From Octopus sinensis (taxonomy: Eukaryota): DNA of 64,000 nt. The position numbers and the translations under genes are program-made. Positions within the stretch are counted from its first letter, which is position 1; each line of letters begins with the position of its first letter. Of the stretch, positions 26,972-40,231 are shown piece after piece. The notes under the pieces were generated by a model that saw only the letters and a list, made by a program, of their open reading frames with translations, made no database searches and was not told the origin of the DNA. The stretch covers positions 1 through 64,000 of the forward strand of contig NW_021831843.1 in NCBI RefSeq assembly GCF_006345805.1, written 5' to 3'.

Positions 26972-28658
26972 TCTGTTTATATGTATAAAGTTCCTGGCAT
27001 GGCTAAGTGGATACAAGATTTCCGTTGCAATCATGGTTTATTCTGTTTGGTCTGGAAGTTATCACTTACAACAACCTTAGTTGGATCCTCACACAATACT
27101 CCTGGGTGACCTTATATAGCCCGAGACTAGGTATGCCCAGTGGACAACATTGTCGGGGAAATAGGACATGAGGATATTATGAAATATATACTAATGTTAG
27201 GAATATAGAGTCACGTAAATCATTAACTAATGAGCATATAGATCGATTGATCGAAAAGTTCGTTTGCTCATCTTTGAAACCGAAGAGAATCCATGCCACT
27301 GCTAAGTCTATGTAGATGAATCTACAGTACAGTTTTTTTATCACTATATACCACACAGACACATACACACATAACATCCACACACACACACACACACACG
27401 CTATATATATATATATATATATATATAGGTATATTATAATATAATATATATATATATATATATATAATATATATATTATATTATAACATATATAAACACA
27501 CACACATATATATGTATGTGTGTATATATATATATATATAATATATATATATATATAACTCAAACATATATATATACACACATATATGTATGTGTATATA
27601 TGGTGTATATTTATGTATAGGCAGAGATAGATAGATAACTACATAGATAGAGAGAGATAGAGATAAGCAGACAGGCAGATACACAGACAGACATACAGAC
27701 AAAGATACGGCTAGTGAGTGACAGACGTACATGGAGGTAAACAGAGAGAGACAGAGACAGAGAGAGATAGAGAGAGACAGAGAGAAAACGATAAATAGAA
27801 ACACTGATACTCCTCTATGTGTTTATACATTTACATCCGTCTGTTCTGAGTTAATGTTTGTGCCTGTGTTTGTGTGCGTCTGAGTGTTATTGTGAAAGTG
27901 AAAGTGAAACTGAAAGACTAGCTATCCTATACACATAAACAGTTGAAGAAATAATATTCCTGCTTAAGATACAACAGACAGGATATAACATACTTGCTTC
28001 AATAGTTATGAAATACTTCGCTTGATATGGCAAGACAGGATATATAGCAATATAAATGGTGCAGAAAAGATATATCTGGTTGAAAATGCATTTATGATAT
28101 ATTGATTTCGGTGATGTAAGCAATGATATCGAATATTTCATAGAGTTGACGTGAATATGTCGATTTGCACATGATATAAATAAGATACTACATTCCACGA
28201 TAATGCTTATTGGATCTAGCGAGAAGTGAGCGAGTACATGTCACGATGATAAAGGTTTGCTTTCATTAGACATAACCACATGTAACACTTATGGAATATA
28301 TTATTACGCGTACACACGTACACGCGCGTATACACACACACACACACACACATGTACACACACATACACACACACATGTATATATAATACTTTTCTTTAT
28401 GCTAAGAGAAGTACATACATGATTACTTGTGCCTCTCTCTGTGTGTCTCTTTCTGTGTGTATGTTCGTAGGTACACATAAACATGTGTCTGTGTTTATAC
28501 ATGTATGTATGCATGCATGTCTGCGTGTGTGAGAGATAGTGTGTATGTGTGCGTGTGTGTCTGTATATATATATATATATTTGAAATGTACTGAAAAGGG
28601 AGAGACGAAGACAGATAGATAGATAGACAGATATACAGACACATAGATAGATAGATAT

Positions 28659-28714
<56 letters not shown>

Positions 28715-29090
28715 ATAAATAAATACAGATGTCGTGAGACAGCGGCAGATGTATGCAAATTAAGTTTGTTCATTGCAGTAATTAATTCATGTTTTTATAT
28801 TTATTGAATATTCTGTACCACTGGACAAGATGATCGCTTACGTGTCCTCCGATGGGCTGTTGAACAAACGGCAAAACGATCCAATATGATTTGTCCCATA
28901 CATTAATCCACACACCAAAAGTATAAAAGAAATGGGTTTACATTCATATAATTTCCTAATACAGCTCAGGTTAGCTACTATTTCAACTATTTCAGTTCTT
29001 CGGAAATTAGGACTGCGCAATCAGAAGCATCTTGAACACAAGGTCGTATATAAGTATCAACTTCTTTCTACTTATCTATCTATCTATCCT

Positions 29091-29276
29091 GTCGCCATGA
29101 TAGATCGTTAGCCACTACACACATTTTATTCTCTCCTTGTTTTTTCTGTGTCCCTTTCTGTAAAAGAGCGTAGGCTCGAAACGTAAGAGACTTTTTCTAT
29201 TCCTGAGCGTTATACTAATACATCTGTTTGTTTTGTACACCACCTGTCTTCGTATTTATTTTCGCAAACTCTCCCT
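29091..29276 (+). mobile_element. Penelope-like element terminal fragment with hammerhead-like motif
   Basis: Homologous to 50071-50265 (both start GTCGCCATG); contains CTGTAAAAGAGCGTAGGCTCGAAACGTA; flanked by (CTAT)n. Confidence 0.6.
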
Positions 29277-29277
29277 A

Positions 29278-29334
<57 letters not shown>

Positions 29335-29335
29335 G

Positions 29336-29401
<66 letters not shown>

Positions 29402-29854
29402 GAATTATTTCGTAAGGCAAGTGTCTGTCTGTCTGTCCATTTAACTTGCATAAAGACGAAATCCGGCAGACGGCTCGCTAAACGTTTGTAATTTAGGCGT
29501 AATAGCCGCGAACCAATGAGGTCTACCGGCACGGAAATTTTCGCGAACACGCATGAAAAGTGGTGTAGCCTCTCACCCAAAGGATTTTGCCTACGCAGCA
29601 GCATCGGTTTTGGCGAGAAAAATAACGTCGTACACTTTTTGAACGCATCTCGTGTATTTGTACATATAACATTTTCTTGTATATGTAAGTGTGTACCAAC
29701 ATCACTCGACATCTTTGTTGAACAGAATCTCAGTTTCAGGTATGATAAGAAACAGCATGAATAGCACCAATACGTAACAATAGATAATACATAAGCAAGG
29801 TGCTTTGACCACCGAAGAAACTACAGCCCTAGACATTAGGAAGCGGTGACAGTG

Positions 29855-30243
29855 CGTCCCCAAAACCCATCCCCTCCTCACCGTGGTAGTGACGCTGACA
29901 ACGGGTAGTGTCAGACCTATGCCGTCGGTAACTTCGGTTCCTGGTAGGGCCACCCAAGGCGGATTGGTCTGACACCGAGTGGTATTAGGGCCACAACCCG
30001 GCTGACGGGGCTCTAGTGAAAATCCTCGGAGAGTCTGTTTCGGCAACCGGCGGCTCCTCGGTCGTTCTGTCCCTGCGTCTTCGGACAATCTGCGGCAAAC
30101 AGGATGTCTCTACATGCAGGATTGTTGGGGACCGCTTGTGAAATCCACATATTCCCACTGCCATGGTTCGAGATGCCTCGAGGGTGGTAGAAGAAGCCGA
30201 CTCAACCCGCCCAGGGTGAATGTCGCCACAAGTACAAGTAAGT
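29855..30243 (+). mobile_element. Non-autonomous RTE-clade retroposon (5' UTR fused to extreme 3' end)
   Basis: 5' motif CTATGCCG...TAGGGCCACCCAAGGCGGA resembles BovB/Expander RTE 5' UTRs as I recall them. 3' part encodes MVRDASRVVEEADSTRPG* (30163-30219) and ends in a CAAGTACAAGTAAGT tail. Candidate TSD ACAGTG at 29849-29854 and 30244-30249. Confidence 0.7.
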
Positions 30244-31214
30244 ACAGTGTTTAAATGCCGAGTGATTTTTTATCGTGCCGTGTTGACAATATATCTACCT
30301 AATATTTCTTTCGTTTGTTGGCGTGCAGAGGAGTGATGACATGAAAGGGCCCCGGTCAAATCCAATGCAGTAAGACAGAAGGGTTTCAATAACAACAAAA
30401 ACCAATAATAACAATCAAGGATTAACAAAAAAAAAATTGAAAAAAAAAAAACCAGCAACAACATCAGAATCAACAAGAGGAGCTATAACAAGTCTATGAA
30501 CGCCGATATGGGAAAAAAAAGAAAACGAAACTAAGAGAAAACAAAATGGCGGCTTGTACTTAAAAATAATCGATAATGACCAATGACGCATTTCGTTTTT
30601 CTTTGTTGATATTTTATTGTTCCTTTTTTTGTTGTTTTTTGTGTTGTTTTTATAGAAGTACTATTGACCCGGTTCTCGACGTAGATGTACCATTTATTAA
30701 TTATATACTGATATAAGCTATCGGCTGGTTGAATTTACAAATGTAACGTGAACAAAGGATTCACAAGCGTGAGGAGAAGACAAACAAAATTCAACAAAGA
30801 AAAAGTAACAGATAAAAGAAAACAAATAGTGTATAAATAAAATATATATATATAAAAAAAAATGAAATGGTGGCGGTGGCGGTGGTGGTAGCGGTGGTGG
30901 TGATGGTAGTGTTTGTCGTCGCAGTGGAGCTGGTGGTGATTTTGGGAGCGACGTTGGCGGTGGCAGAGCTAGTGGTGGGGGTGATGAAAGGGAGACAGTG
31001 AAGGTGAGGAAAGTGTGGGGAAAATCGAACGGCTTGATCAAGCAGATTATAAAAATCAACGAAGTAGTGTGTGTGTGTATGATTGTACACACCTTAACGC
31101 ACGCATAAGTCTATGCTTTTATGTATGCGCGTATGCGTAAATATACAACGTATGTGTATGTCTGAGTTTGTGTATATATGTATATATATAAATAGCTATC
31201 TATCTATCTATCTA

Positions 31215-31260
<46 letters not shown>

Positions 31261-32211
31261 TACATATACATATATATACACATAGACATATATACATATA
31301 CATAAATATACACACACACACACATATGTGTGTGTATGTGTGTATTCTTTTATATTTCACTATTCGACGTTATGGATCCAATCAATCAATCAGCAGGTGG
31401 AACTACGGCCAAAGATACACGTATCGATAGGCGTATCGATCTTTTCTTGTTCATTATTTTGATGAAGCAAAAAGCAAACGTAAACATATGTATATGTAAA
31501 TATATATCTATATATGTGCGTGTGTGTATATTTAAGTGTATGCGTGTATGTCTGTAGAGTAAGGTAAAAAATATAACATGGTAAAAAAGACTTTTCTACC
31601 TTTCTCTGTGCACTATTTTTTCCTTAATCGCTTCAATAATGACAAAATAATCAACAATGCCTCCACCCCATCCTTCACTTCTATTCCTCCTCCTCCTTCT
31701 CCTGCTTATCCTCATCATCATCATCACAATTTGGTTCTTAATCATGATCCTCATTACCATCCTTACCAACATCTTGAATAATATTGTGCATCTCAGCGGC
31801 GTGCAATTATCATCATATTTATCAGCATTATTAACACTAAATTCTCTTCTCACTATCAGTACCAAATAATAATGGTAATAATCAGAGCAGCAGTGAAATT
31901 CTTAAATTCATTCTAAGGATGATGAGGGTAGATATGATGATAATAACTGTGATCCGTATTTTTTTTCATATCATCATCATCATCATCATATTTCATATCC
32001 GTGAATAGCATCATGATTCTTGTATAAAATCTGTGATCAGTAACTATCGTCATAACGATCCCATACTTATTTTTTGTTCCTTTTCATCCATGTCCTAACC
32101 ATGTATCACTTTATGACAGAAGAGCATAAGGAAAGGGTGACAAATCGTAATACTTGATATATGTATGTGTGTGTATATTTATATACATGTATGTATATTA
32201 TGTATATATAT

Positions 32212-32406
32212 ATATTCATATTTTAAAATAGTGTACATTTAAACACAAAAGAAAACTACCCAACCCATTAACACGTAATTTTTACATGCTAGAAATAGCA
32301 GCCAACACGGCCAAAACAACGATTTAATAGCAAGCATGTAAAAATTAGTTTTTAAAGGGTAGTTTTCTTTTGTGTTTAAATATACACCATTTTAAAATAT
32401 GAATAT
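32212..32406. repeat. Nested inverted repeat (50-bp outer arms, 15-bp inner arms)
   Basis: 32212-32261 vs 32357-32406 match at 48/50; 32276-32290 vs 32333-32347 match at 15/15. Confidence 0.9.
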
Positions 32407-32512
32407 GTTGTCTATTGACTATTTATACATGCTAGGCCACTGGTAGTGATATTTCTAACGAATATTCGCTACCCTATATTTGTATCTTATGTATATATAT
32501 ATGTTTATATAC

Positions 32513-32556
<44 letters not shown>

Positions 32557-34654
32557 TATATACACTGACACACATATACACACGCTTACTCATACACATA
32601 TATGTAAACACATACATATACGTACATATACATATATAATATACAAACATGGGACGCACTCACAGAATACTCGGAGTTTCCTTGGAAGCCATTGGGTTGA
32701 AGCCGTCCGAATTCCAATTCGAAATCGATCAAAATTATACTCGTGGTTTGACCGGAAACTTCGAGTACTGAAGGTGAATATTCTGTGGTAGTTTACTACC
32801 TTAAATATATTTCCCTATTTTAATGATATTGTGACCTATTTCTTTGTTTTTAAGCAGGTGGTGGTGCTGGTGGTGATGTGTGTGCGTGTGAGTGTGTTTG
32901 TTTGTGTGTGTGTGCATACACACATGTATACACTACTGGTTAATGTATATTTTACATGAGAAACAATGTTCTGAATTATAGACCGAGGTGACTGAAGAAG
33001 TAGGGGACCTATTGTCCATCATATAAGATCTCACTGCAATTATATATTGGCGAGCGTACTCCTTGGTAAACCTTAGACAATCTGAAGTCAAGCCGCAACA
33101 ACAGCAAAGAGATGTTCATTAGACTTCTTGCAATGAGTATCATATTTCTTTCCAAATCATGCGTTGAATTCTTTAAATACGACTTGTTTTAGAATGTATT
33201 CCGAGGTACACTATGCCCAAAGAATTTGATATTACTACTTGACCAGGGCATGTCAGGGTCATAATAGATATACCAATAGCAACACCAACAGAATTAGCAG
33301 CTGCAGCCATTGCATTATCAGTGTATCTGTATAATTTTACTGATTCATTCAGCTTATTTTTACATAGCTTGCGAACATCGTAGATATGATATTGTTCTAT
33401 TATTCTCTGCATGGTTGTTTTATTCCAGTATTTTATTATTCGCGGTGATTGTGGTTATTTGAGTGTGGGATACGTCACCGTCATCCAATAATGTAGACAT
33501 ACTTTGTCACATTATCTTATTCCATGATAATCTGACGACCATGACTTTGCTAGACGAAGCCATCTTCGTGAGGGATTAGACGTTCTGGAACAGCTGTTAA
33601 GGCGCGGCCAAACTGACGCGTTGACTTACTATCGTGAATAGTTTTAATGTTTCTCTCCTTCTCTCTCTGTCTCCCCCTACCTTTCTCTCTGGGTTTATAT
33701 GCATGAGCGACGAGTTATGTTTGCATGTACGCGTAGTGTGTCTCTTCTCTCACACACTGTCTACCTTTATAGATATTCCTTAGCACACATGCGTACGTGT
33801 TTGTGTGTATGTGTGTGTCTGCGCGCGTGTGTGGTGAGGTGTTTGAGTGTGTCTGTCTATACCTGTGTGTGTTTATTTCCAGTATAAAAAAAGTACTGTC
33901 ACGAAAACAGGCTAAATGTCCACTCAGCCTCGGCAAATCGTTCGTGACGAAGCGGCCATGCCCAGTGGTCTCACTCCAACCGTTATAAATATATGTAGTC
34001 TTCCATACATGTATGTATACCTGAACATATATATATATATATATATATATCACGGATGGCTAGTGAAGCGTCGCTTTGTTCCTCCACTTGTATATCTCAC
34101 TCGTTGTTTTACCAAGCCCATATATATATATATCTTTCTAAATCTATCTAAATATATATGTTTTCGTGAAAGTCTGTGGGTATGTATATCACATCGTCAT
34201 TCATGTATTGATTTCTATAGTTTCATTTCTGTATGTATGTATATATAAACACATGTACATGCAACAGGTATTGATATGAAGCAATAAAACAAAATTACCC
34301 ATCACTTACCAAGAAGGTGAACAAAAATTATTAATAAAATAAAAGAACAAAAATTTACATAACTGTAACAAATACATAAATAAATAATATCTTGTTATCA
34401 ACGATATGTCGTTTTTCTCTCTTCTGCGGCTTCATTCTGCATGGGTTACTGGGCCATGCAGAAAACAATTTTATAACTACCGAATGACGCGGTTCTCGTG
34501 TTTTATATATACTCATATGTATTTATGTATATATGCATGTATTTGTGTGTGCATGTGTGTATGTATATGAGAAAGAGAGAGAGAGAGAGAGAGAGAGATA
34601 GTGGGAGGGATATTGGTAGACAGATAGACAGACAGACAGATATATATATATATA

Positions 34655-34662
34655 TATATTAT

Positions 34663-34708
<46 letters not shown>

Positions 34709-34722
34709 TGATTGATAGATAA

Positions 34723-34792
<70 letters not shown>

Positions 34793-34820
34793 GGATGGAT
34801 AGATAAATAGATACATAGAC

Positions 34821-34914
<94 letters not shown>

Positions 34915-34945
34915 ATTGATTGATTGATTGATAGACAGACAGACA
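34655..34945. repeat. Long (AGAT)n-(AG)n-(ATTG)n compound microsatellite
   Basis: Directly visible; similar (AGAT)n blocks at 28610-28715, 29280-29400, 35930-36010, 45530-45610 and 49947-50045. Confidence 0.95.
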
Positions 34946-35720
34946 TAGAATGAAATGTCCATTGTATTATAATGACGGTTCTGAAATCTTCGGAAGGCAA
35001 ACATAAAGAAGACAGATAAAAGCGTAGATAAATGCATATTCTAATTACTGTTTCATTTTTAAGTCCTGTAATACTGGTTGTGTGAGAGGGAGTGATGGGA
35101 ATATCTATTGAATACTTCATATGCCCAAACATTTTCGACTTTATTCTGGTAAAAGACACTCTATTTTCATAATCTACACACTGAAAAGTTTGTGCTTAGC
35201 ATTGTAGGGCAATGATTCATTAAAAAATGTTTTACAGGCGATCTATTACAATTTGTTGCATGGTCGGGGTGTCGGCCATGTTTATGGGCAAAGGAAGAAC
35301 ACGTCAGAAGGAAGTTGAAGTCTAGAGTTTTCAGCGGACTATATAATTACCTTATATATGAATATATCTAACTGTGTATGTATGTATGTATGTATGTATG
35401 TATGTATGTATCTATGTGTGTGTGTATATACATATAACAGAACCAGCGCTAGTGTAATAAGCATTTTTGACCAGACATACTTCACGCACACCCCAGGAGT
35501 GTTCGCCGGTACGCTGAGATAAGGTTGCTGCGCTTCGAGGGAGTAATCTCCACCACAATAGCCCGCAGCCTACCGGCAAAGACACATGGGTAGCATGCAT
35601 TAAGTTTCTGTGTTCGATAACGTTATATATATATACATATATATATATGAATTTATATATACATACATACATATATATAAATTCATATATACATACATAC
35701 ATACATACATATATATATAC

Positions 35721-35788
<68 letters not shown>

Positions 35789-35853
35789 TATATATACAGA
35801 GGGAGAGAGTGTGAGAGAAAGAGAGAGACTCAGAAAGAGAAAGACGCAGGCAG

Positions 35854-35916
<63 letters not shown>

Positions 35917-35929
35917 GAGAGAGAGAGAG

Positions 35930-36011
<82 letters not shown>

Positions 36012-36169
36012 TGTATATTAGCGTGGACAATTTTTCATCACTGTAAGCAAACAATCAGTGTGGCAACCTAACGGCTACAATATTGGCTGCTGATATCTCC
36101 AAGCCGACATTATGAATACATCCCTTTTTCCTCATTCTCAGAAGAAAAAAAAATCATATCTATGGCATT

Positions 36170-36368
36170 GAATTCATATTTTGCCACAAATCCAGTGAGA
36201 TCAAGGGAAGGAATGCGTCCATTACATCGACTCCAGTGTTCAGCTGGTACCTATTTTATCGATACCAAAAGTATGAAATATAAAGTCGACCTTAGTGGAA
36301 TTTGAACTCAGAAGTAAGGACGGATAAAATGCCGTAAGCATTTTGACCGGTATTCTAACGAATCAGCC
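36170..36368 (-). mobile_element. SINE family A
   Basis: ATTACATCGACTCCAGTG...AAAGTCGACCTTAGTGGAATTTGAACTCAGAA. Confidence 0.8.
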
Positions 36369-36985
36369 ATGGCTAAGATATTACTAGCACATAGCATCCC
36401 AATTTTCATCACATTCAGTTAGAATTAAGGATCTGGATCCGCCCATATGTAAGGAAAGTTGATGGACAGGATACAAATTTACAATCGTCCGTTAACTTTT
36501 CAATTTGCGCATCTTCCATCTTTTCCGTATATGAAATTATATGGATTAGAATGAACAATAAAGATGTAGCAATAATTGTGTTTAAATTCTAAGATTCTTA
36601 TGACTGGCATCAAGTATGAGGCAAAAATGACAACACATAACGTGTAATGTTATAATAATAATAATGAAATAACAATAGTTAGTGCCATGCAATGTAATTC
36701 AATGATTAGCCTCAAAGCACCCAATTGTGATATAAAAATCCAAGGTCGCTATTCTCCACAAATGGATGCACATTAAAAAGAAAATTGATCTTGGGCATCA
36801 AATTCACATTTTAGATGTCTAAAATTTGCGAGTGTTGGAAATGTATTTACATTGATTTATTGTCACTAAGACACACACATATACGCACATACGGCGTATA
36901 TATACATATATATATATATATTTACATTGCGTATAGCCGCCCTCGTTATTTTATATTTATATCTATATACCTGTGGCTGTGTGTG

Positions 36986-37027
<42 letters not shown>

Positions 37028-37095
37028 TGGTGTGTGTGTTCAAGATTACCAATGCCATTGAATAAAATAAATAGGAATATATATCCTGAATTATA

Positions 37096-37141
<46 letters not shown>

Positions 37142-40092
37142 TATATATATATACATCAGAATGGAGAGAGAGTGAGAAAGAGTGAGAGGAAGTGAGAGAG
37201 AGTGAGAGAGAGAGAGAGAGAGAGAGAAAGATATGGAGAATGGAAGAAAGTGATAGAAATATATGTATAAAGTCGTGCTTGAACCCAAAGAAATAACACG
37301 CTATTCAAAAAGAAAAGTAAAAAAGTGTTAAATAAAAAACAAAAACAAACTGGAAATAAATATTAGAAAAGAAAAGTGAAAGTTACATGTATACACACTC
37401 ACACTCACACAAAAGCTTAGATTTACAATGTGATCGATATTTATATATAAATATAGTATTAGTGACTAATTATATTGTAAAAAGATATCAGCATCTCAGA
37501 AACATATGTTAGTATATAGTGCTATTGGATTATGAATTATGAAGAGAAGGAGAGGAAATACTGTATAAAATATTAGTAGAAAGCAGAGGTGAATAGAGAT
37601 GTTATTTGGCGGAGAAGGGATGTAAAGTGTTTCCACTAAGAAGGTCCACTTACCAATTTCTTCCAGAATTAATGGATCTGTAATGAAAAGATTCTCGTCA
37701 TTTACTTTACGTTGAAAGTTATTATGATATTGCTTAGAATAATAAAAAATATATTTATATTTATATTTATATAATTGATGGAATAAGTGAGTTATCACGT
37801 GAAGTGAACACAATGGGATTTTTATAAAAAAATATTAATAGGTCAAGGTGAATAAGGATTTGAATGAAATGAAAGTGGTAGACGGATATATGTTTTAGAA
37901 TTGAGGAGCTATATCAGTGTAGTTGTGTGTATGTATACACGAGTAGATGAACAAATGAAAAAAAATAGTACTCAACACATTTATTTGTCATTGTAAGCAT
38001 TTAAAAAGAAATGAACTTAAGCTCCACATGAAATAAAATTTGTTGGTGCAAATATCCAAAATTATCCCAACCACCACCACCACCACCACCACCGCCGCCG
38101 CCGATAGCTCTGGACTTCGGGAAAGAGGTTACTTGAAGCAGCGAATTCTATATAAGAATTATTTTGAAACTAGTGAGTCACACCTGCCTCAGAAAGTTTC
38201 CTACTGGGTAAAAAGATGGCATGGGATACACTCGCTTACATTTCAATGAGGAGTTATATCCTAGCGGAGGTTGCTGAACTTGTCGTCCTGAAATCACGAA
38301 AAATGCTAACACATTCCAGACAGCTCGGACCTTTTGTTAGGAAACTGTTTGGCAATCTCGAGTCATCTGAACAATGAAGCCATGAATAATTTCACAAGAT
38401 ATCACATAAATATCTTCAAAGCATAAAGTGGTTTATCCCAAATTATATAAGCGAGTTAATGACCAAGTCTGTTCCTTGATTTATTTTTCATGTCGGAGAA
38501 GGTATACCCAAATGAATATTGATCAAATTCTTAGTTGTCTTAAAGTTTATTAAATACGAAACGGTATTGACGCTGATATATTCTAGACAACAGGTTACCC
38601 TGAACGATAAGCATGGGTGACTTCGAAGTTTCCTTCTCGGCGAGGAGTACACTTGAATAACATCCAGAGCACGTAAAAATGGAGATTACGGAAACGATTA
38701 TCTATCTATCTATCTATCTATCTATCCATCTATCTATCTATCTATCTATCTGATTGTCTGTCATTCTTTCTCAATCAGTCTATCACACTCAATCTATATT
38801 TCTTTCCCGCTTGTATATATATATATATGTGTGTGTGTGTGTATAATTTGAAATCATATACATCTTCAAACACACACAGACACACACACAAGTGCTTTTG
38901 TAAGTATGTTTACATCCTTTAAGAAATATAGAATACAGCAAAGCATTTCATCCGGTGCTCAAACAATTTACATATCCTTCCGCCTTGGGCTAATACACAA
39001 TTTAATACATAGTGAGAAAGGTGTACATTCAATTAGTGAAATAAACAACAATATCATGTTTACAAGTATACTTCTGACACTGTGAGCTCAAATACACATG
39101 TGTGTATATTTGAATGCATAAAAGAGTTTATATTATTGAGCCATAGTCATATCTTTCACGTAATAGTAATATATTTATATACTCAGTTTGGAATGTAAGC
39201 AACATGCGTTGTTTAAGAAAAAAATAAATGAAGAAAATGTGTAGCAGCTTGTGAATAAATGACAGCACTTCTCTATATACTGTCATTCTGAAGAATGCTA
39301 TGTGTCTGAAGCGTAATGTTGTTTCACTTCTGCGTAAATCATACTACTCATATTCTTAAGAACGCTTCCATGTTTTAATCTTTGGCCACGGAATTATTCT
39401 GAAAAATGATACGTTTCCGAAGCGTAACATTCTCTCATTTTGTTTTAGAAACTTTCCCATGTTTAAATTTTTTGTCAATATCGAGAACCGCCATTTTGCG
39501 ATTTTATTGATTGACATATGTATATAAATGCCAATGTGTATGAACACACACATACATACAGAGAAAGATATATATATATATATAATGCGCACAAACAAGC
39601 ACACGCAAACACATAGAGATTCTTGTTTTATATAAAGTTCTACGTATATAAAAAAAGAAATTTGATCATTAAACTGAATATCTGAACAACGATTATAGAG
39701 GAGTAACGTCTCCTTTAATATTTATAAGGAAAATCGTTAACTGTGATTTGAAGTTTCGGTTGAGAGCTGTCATTAGATGTCCTGAATCTTCGAAGTCATG
39801 AGCCGTATTACTTCTCTCTCTCTCTCTCTCTTAATCTTTCTTTCTAGCGATCTATCTCGCGGTCTATCTGTACATAATTATGAATATACATTTATAAGTG
39901 TACACAGACATACAGATGTGTGTGCGTAAGTGTGAAGTAGGTGTGTTTTTGCATGCCTGGTGTGGAGGATTTAAGTTGAGATTATATTTCAAGTAGATAT
40001 TAGATTGTCTACCAAGTAGGTCTGACAAACGAAATGTCTCCAGCAGTGTGTAGTGGCACACCACAATAATAGCAATGAGAACAAGAAAAGAC

Positions 40093-40095
<3 letters not shown>

Positions 40096-40137
<42 letters not shown>

Positions 40138-40157
40138 TAATAATAATAATAATAATG

Positions 40158-40194
<37 letters not shown>

Positions 40195-40200
40195 GAAGAA

Positions 40201-40231
<31 letters not shown>

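Noticed and set aside
27900-28260. Possible decayed LINE RT (YIDF-like motif)
   Set aside because: One short motif amid many stops; needs BLASTX
29854-29925. HDV-like ribozyme at the RTE 5' boundary (GCGTC/GACGC P1-like pairing, TCCTCAC L3-like sequence)
   Set aside because: No P3 pairing around the L3-like sequence, and no proper P2 or J4/2 in the required register
30862-31070. Gly-rich open frame (GGGGGGGSGGGDGSVCRR...)
   Set aside because: Derived from degenerate (GGT/GGC)n with no convincing splice context or homology
34435-34463. 10-bp hairpin TTCTGCATGG/CCATGCAGAA
   Set aside because: Isolated short stem with no CTRR terminus or other supporting context
38290-38470. Possible mariner transposase remnant (HPPYSPDL-like)
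   Set aside because: Needs frameshifts and several substitutions; no TIRs found
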